Below are positions 61,169 through 64,000 of a stretch of DNA of 64,000 bases, piece after piece. Location of the stretch: positions 6,138,001-6,202,000 of the forward strand of contig JBHGNT010000005.1 in assembly GCA_043228905.1 (NCBI GenBank). Reading direction: 5' to 3'. The DNA is from Azolla caroliniana (Eukaryota > Plantae > Polypodiophyta). A model generated the notes under the pieces. It was given only the letters and a program-made list of their open reading frames with translations, did not search any database and was not told the origin of the DNA. The position numbers and the translations under genes were made by a program. How positions within the stretch are numbered: the first letter of the stretch is position 1; every line of letters starts with the position of its first letter.

Positions 61169-64000
61169 TCTCTCTCTCACTCTAATATTAGAGAGCCTAC
61201 TCCCAACACAATAAAGAGTTTCCAAATAGCTAATATAGGAGTGTTAGCTGTGATCTATACAAACATGTACTTCCAAGAAATGAAGTTATGTAAGAGAACT
61301 CAACAGACCAAGAGTTGGTAAAAGAGTTCAAAACAACTTACAAGAACTTCAATTTATGTAACTCAATAACAGAGGAAGCGACAAGAATAATTTTAGCCCA
61401 CAATAACATAGTAGTGAGACTATAATTAACGAGCATGAATATCAAGGCATGCAAGGCCTTAAAAGTCCTACAATGAAGTAGACAATAAAATTGTTGGCAT
61501 ATAGAATGAAATGAATAAACATAGAATGTTTGTGCTTTAGCACAGTATGAATTTATAACCATTAATGATCATGGCACCCTCAAAATCAACAAATGTATGG
61601 GTTCAAAGTGGAGTATTGACAACCAGACTATGGATGGGTTAGAGTATTGATGCTAAACATTAATTCAACACATATGTCATGGGTTATGTAGTTGATGGTT
61701 ATTATACTTGTAACCTAATGGCGGCATTAATGTGACATTGGAGTCCTGAAAAATACTAGGATACCTTAACACAATGTCATGTAATATTGAAGAGAGCATG
61801 GAAATTTAGAGGAGATATTGAAGTGTTAGCAGATTAATGTGTTTAAATCTTTCAAAGGGCATACATAAGTTCGGAGAATGGGGCTCAAGTTCTCAAAGAA
61901 AACAATGTTTTGGAGATCATAGGCACTTGAGAATCAGATTGCAAAAGAATTCAGCTCAAACTTTTGTAATAAAACTTTGTTCACCTTCCAAGAAACGAAA
62001 ATATTGTTTTGTACATGTAAACCCACTTTTTTTTACCCCTCGATTTTACCCATAATGTAGCTAAGTCTCATCTTTTTTAATGAGTCTCAATTCTTTTATC
62101 TTTCATTTGTTCCTTTCAAGCCATCAAACACTTGGACCTTCCTAAAGGTTTGGAATTCTTTAATGGGTAATCTTTTTCAAACAAAAGAAGGATGCACACA
62201 AAAATGATGGGAATTTATTATTGATAGAATTCATTAAATATTGGCAAAATTTGCCACCAAAAGCTTAAATTAGTCCCTCCAAAAAATGAAGTACACTTCA
62301 TTATTTAAATTTTAGATTATACATTTAGACATATGTATAAATGAATGTGTGTATGCATCTATGATTATTCACGTATATATGAGTTTCAAATTTGAACATA
62401 TTGCATGTATATAAAGGAAGACAGATGATTAATTAGCCCAAACCAATGTGATGTGATGGTGAAAGAGAAGTTTGAAGATTGTCCAATGGAAGTGAAAATT
62501 AGATTGTGGCTTTCTCCCCATTCTCCATCTCCCTTTATAAAAATTGGCAACATGGTTTTTGGCTTAGCCCACTTTCCACAAAAACTTAGGTAATGAAATT
62601 TTATTGTAGTTTAGATCATGCTTATTTGTTGTCACACTTTTTCTATGATGAAGTTCGCACCTCCCATCACTAGTCACAATAATGTGACCTTACTTTTCTT
62701 TGAAACTGTTAAGTTTCTCTCATTGAATAGATACATTTTATTTTTTATTGTGGTTGCCAATGAAGTTTTGATACAACTATGGTTACTCTTGGGAGCAATA
62801 TTCTTTTCGTGATTCACGTATTTCAAAGTTCCACATATGCCTTGTTTTCTTCTACACCAACTTTGATGCACATGCCTCATCACAAACATAAGATATCTTC
62901 TTATTCTCCACGGCGAAGTTTTGCAGATGCATGTGTTGCAAATATTTATTTTGGAAAGTGATGTGAATCAACTCTAAAGCTACCTTATCAAGATGTTCAC
63001 TATTTGGAGAGTCACACCATTTTACCAATAACGTCACATTACTCTTGTTGTTTATTGTTGTTCACCTCCATGAAGAAGAGAGAAAATTTCAATCACCCAC
63101 GTGGTGTTGTTTTCCATGAGAACCATAGAACACATGTGTGATAAAATTTATTTGAACACATTTGTGACTATAGAGATGATACATAAACCAAAATGTTGCC
63201 ATGGAAGAGGAATGGACTACAAGATTATAGAGATGATACATCCAACTTGTATGATGATGTACCCATTTATAACAATTACAAATATAATTTAGTGGTGTGA
63301 AGTGAATAAACCAAAGAGACCTCTTTCATTGAGTTACATTTGATTGGTTGCATCATCATATAAAATCTTTGTTTAATAACCCATATGTCTATTAGTAACA
63401 TTTTCATCCACACAACTCCACAAGCTGGTTGTGTAATGACTTTACATGAAACTTTACTTTTGGTTATGACAACCACTGATTTCTTCTTTGAAATCCATGA
63501 AATTATTGTAATGTTGAATGAACACATTATTTCATTATGCTTTTTCATGATGCGTTGTCTATTGCCCAATTTGCAATTATCATGGATGGAAGAGAGACCA
63601 TAACTAGTCTTGTAAAGGTTAGGGCCTCTATGTTTGAAGAGTAATTTGAATCATAGCTATTACAAAATTAAAGTGTTAAAGTTGTTCCATATATGCATTG
63701 TCATTCAAATTACCATTTAAAAACTCACTTTTGACATCCAATTGATAAAGTTTTCAAAATTAACCAATTGCAAATGCAATTAAATATCTTATTCTAGTAT
63801 GGCTACTAAATTGGTTTGGAAAAAGCTTTTACATCTCTTGCATGAGGTTTATGGCTCTAGAGTATATAAAAATAGGGGGCAATGATGTGGGATGATATTA
63901 AGGGTGAGTACAAGATTATGAAAAAGAAAAGGTTAACTTTGCATTATATACAAGAGGTCGATATATTGAGGAAGTGTTGCCGTGTATGCATATTAATTCA

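Noticed and set aside
61800-64000. Short ORFs and weak repeats at the window end
   Set aside because: No recognisable domains or splice-consistent gene model.

Overview
Eukaryotic nuclear DNA from a land plant: AT-rich, with GT-AG introns, microsatellites and plant LTR retrotransposons. A flagellar radial-spoke gene suggests a lineage with motile sperm, probably a fern (inference). Protein-coding genes reconstructed by hand: NOP56 (9 exons, +), an RSPH1/RSP10-like MORN protein (4 exons, -), an At4g00755-like F-box protein (5 coding exons, +), an intronless trihelix transcription factor (+), an AMBRA1-like WD40 protein (13 coding exons, -) and a possible small membrane protein (-). There is one intact tRNA-Leu(UAA). 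Mobile DNA: a LINE carrying a nested solo LTR that itself carries a TRIM-like mini LTR element; two copies of a SINE-like element with convergent tRNA-like promoters; a young non-autonomous Ty3/gypsy-type element (gag-protease, no RT/RNaseH/integrase, plus an intact ~870-aa extra ORF); a near-complete Ty1/copia element; a second LINE relic; Mutator-like MITEs; and a degenerate PPR-like repeat split by both large LTR elements. No rRNA or CRISPR. Most notable: the pol-less gypsy element with its intact extra ORF, and the two-headed SINE. Exon boundaries and family names come from visual reading and recalled motifs, not database searches.
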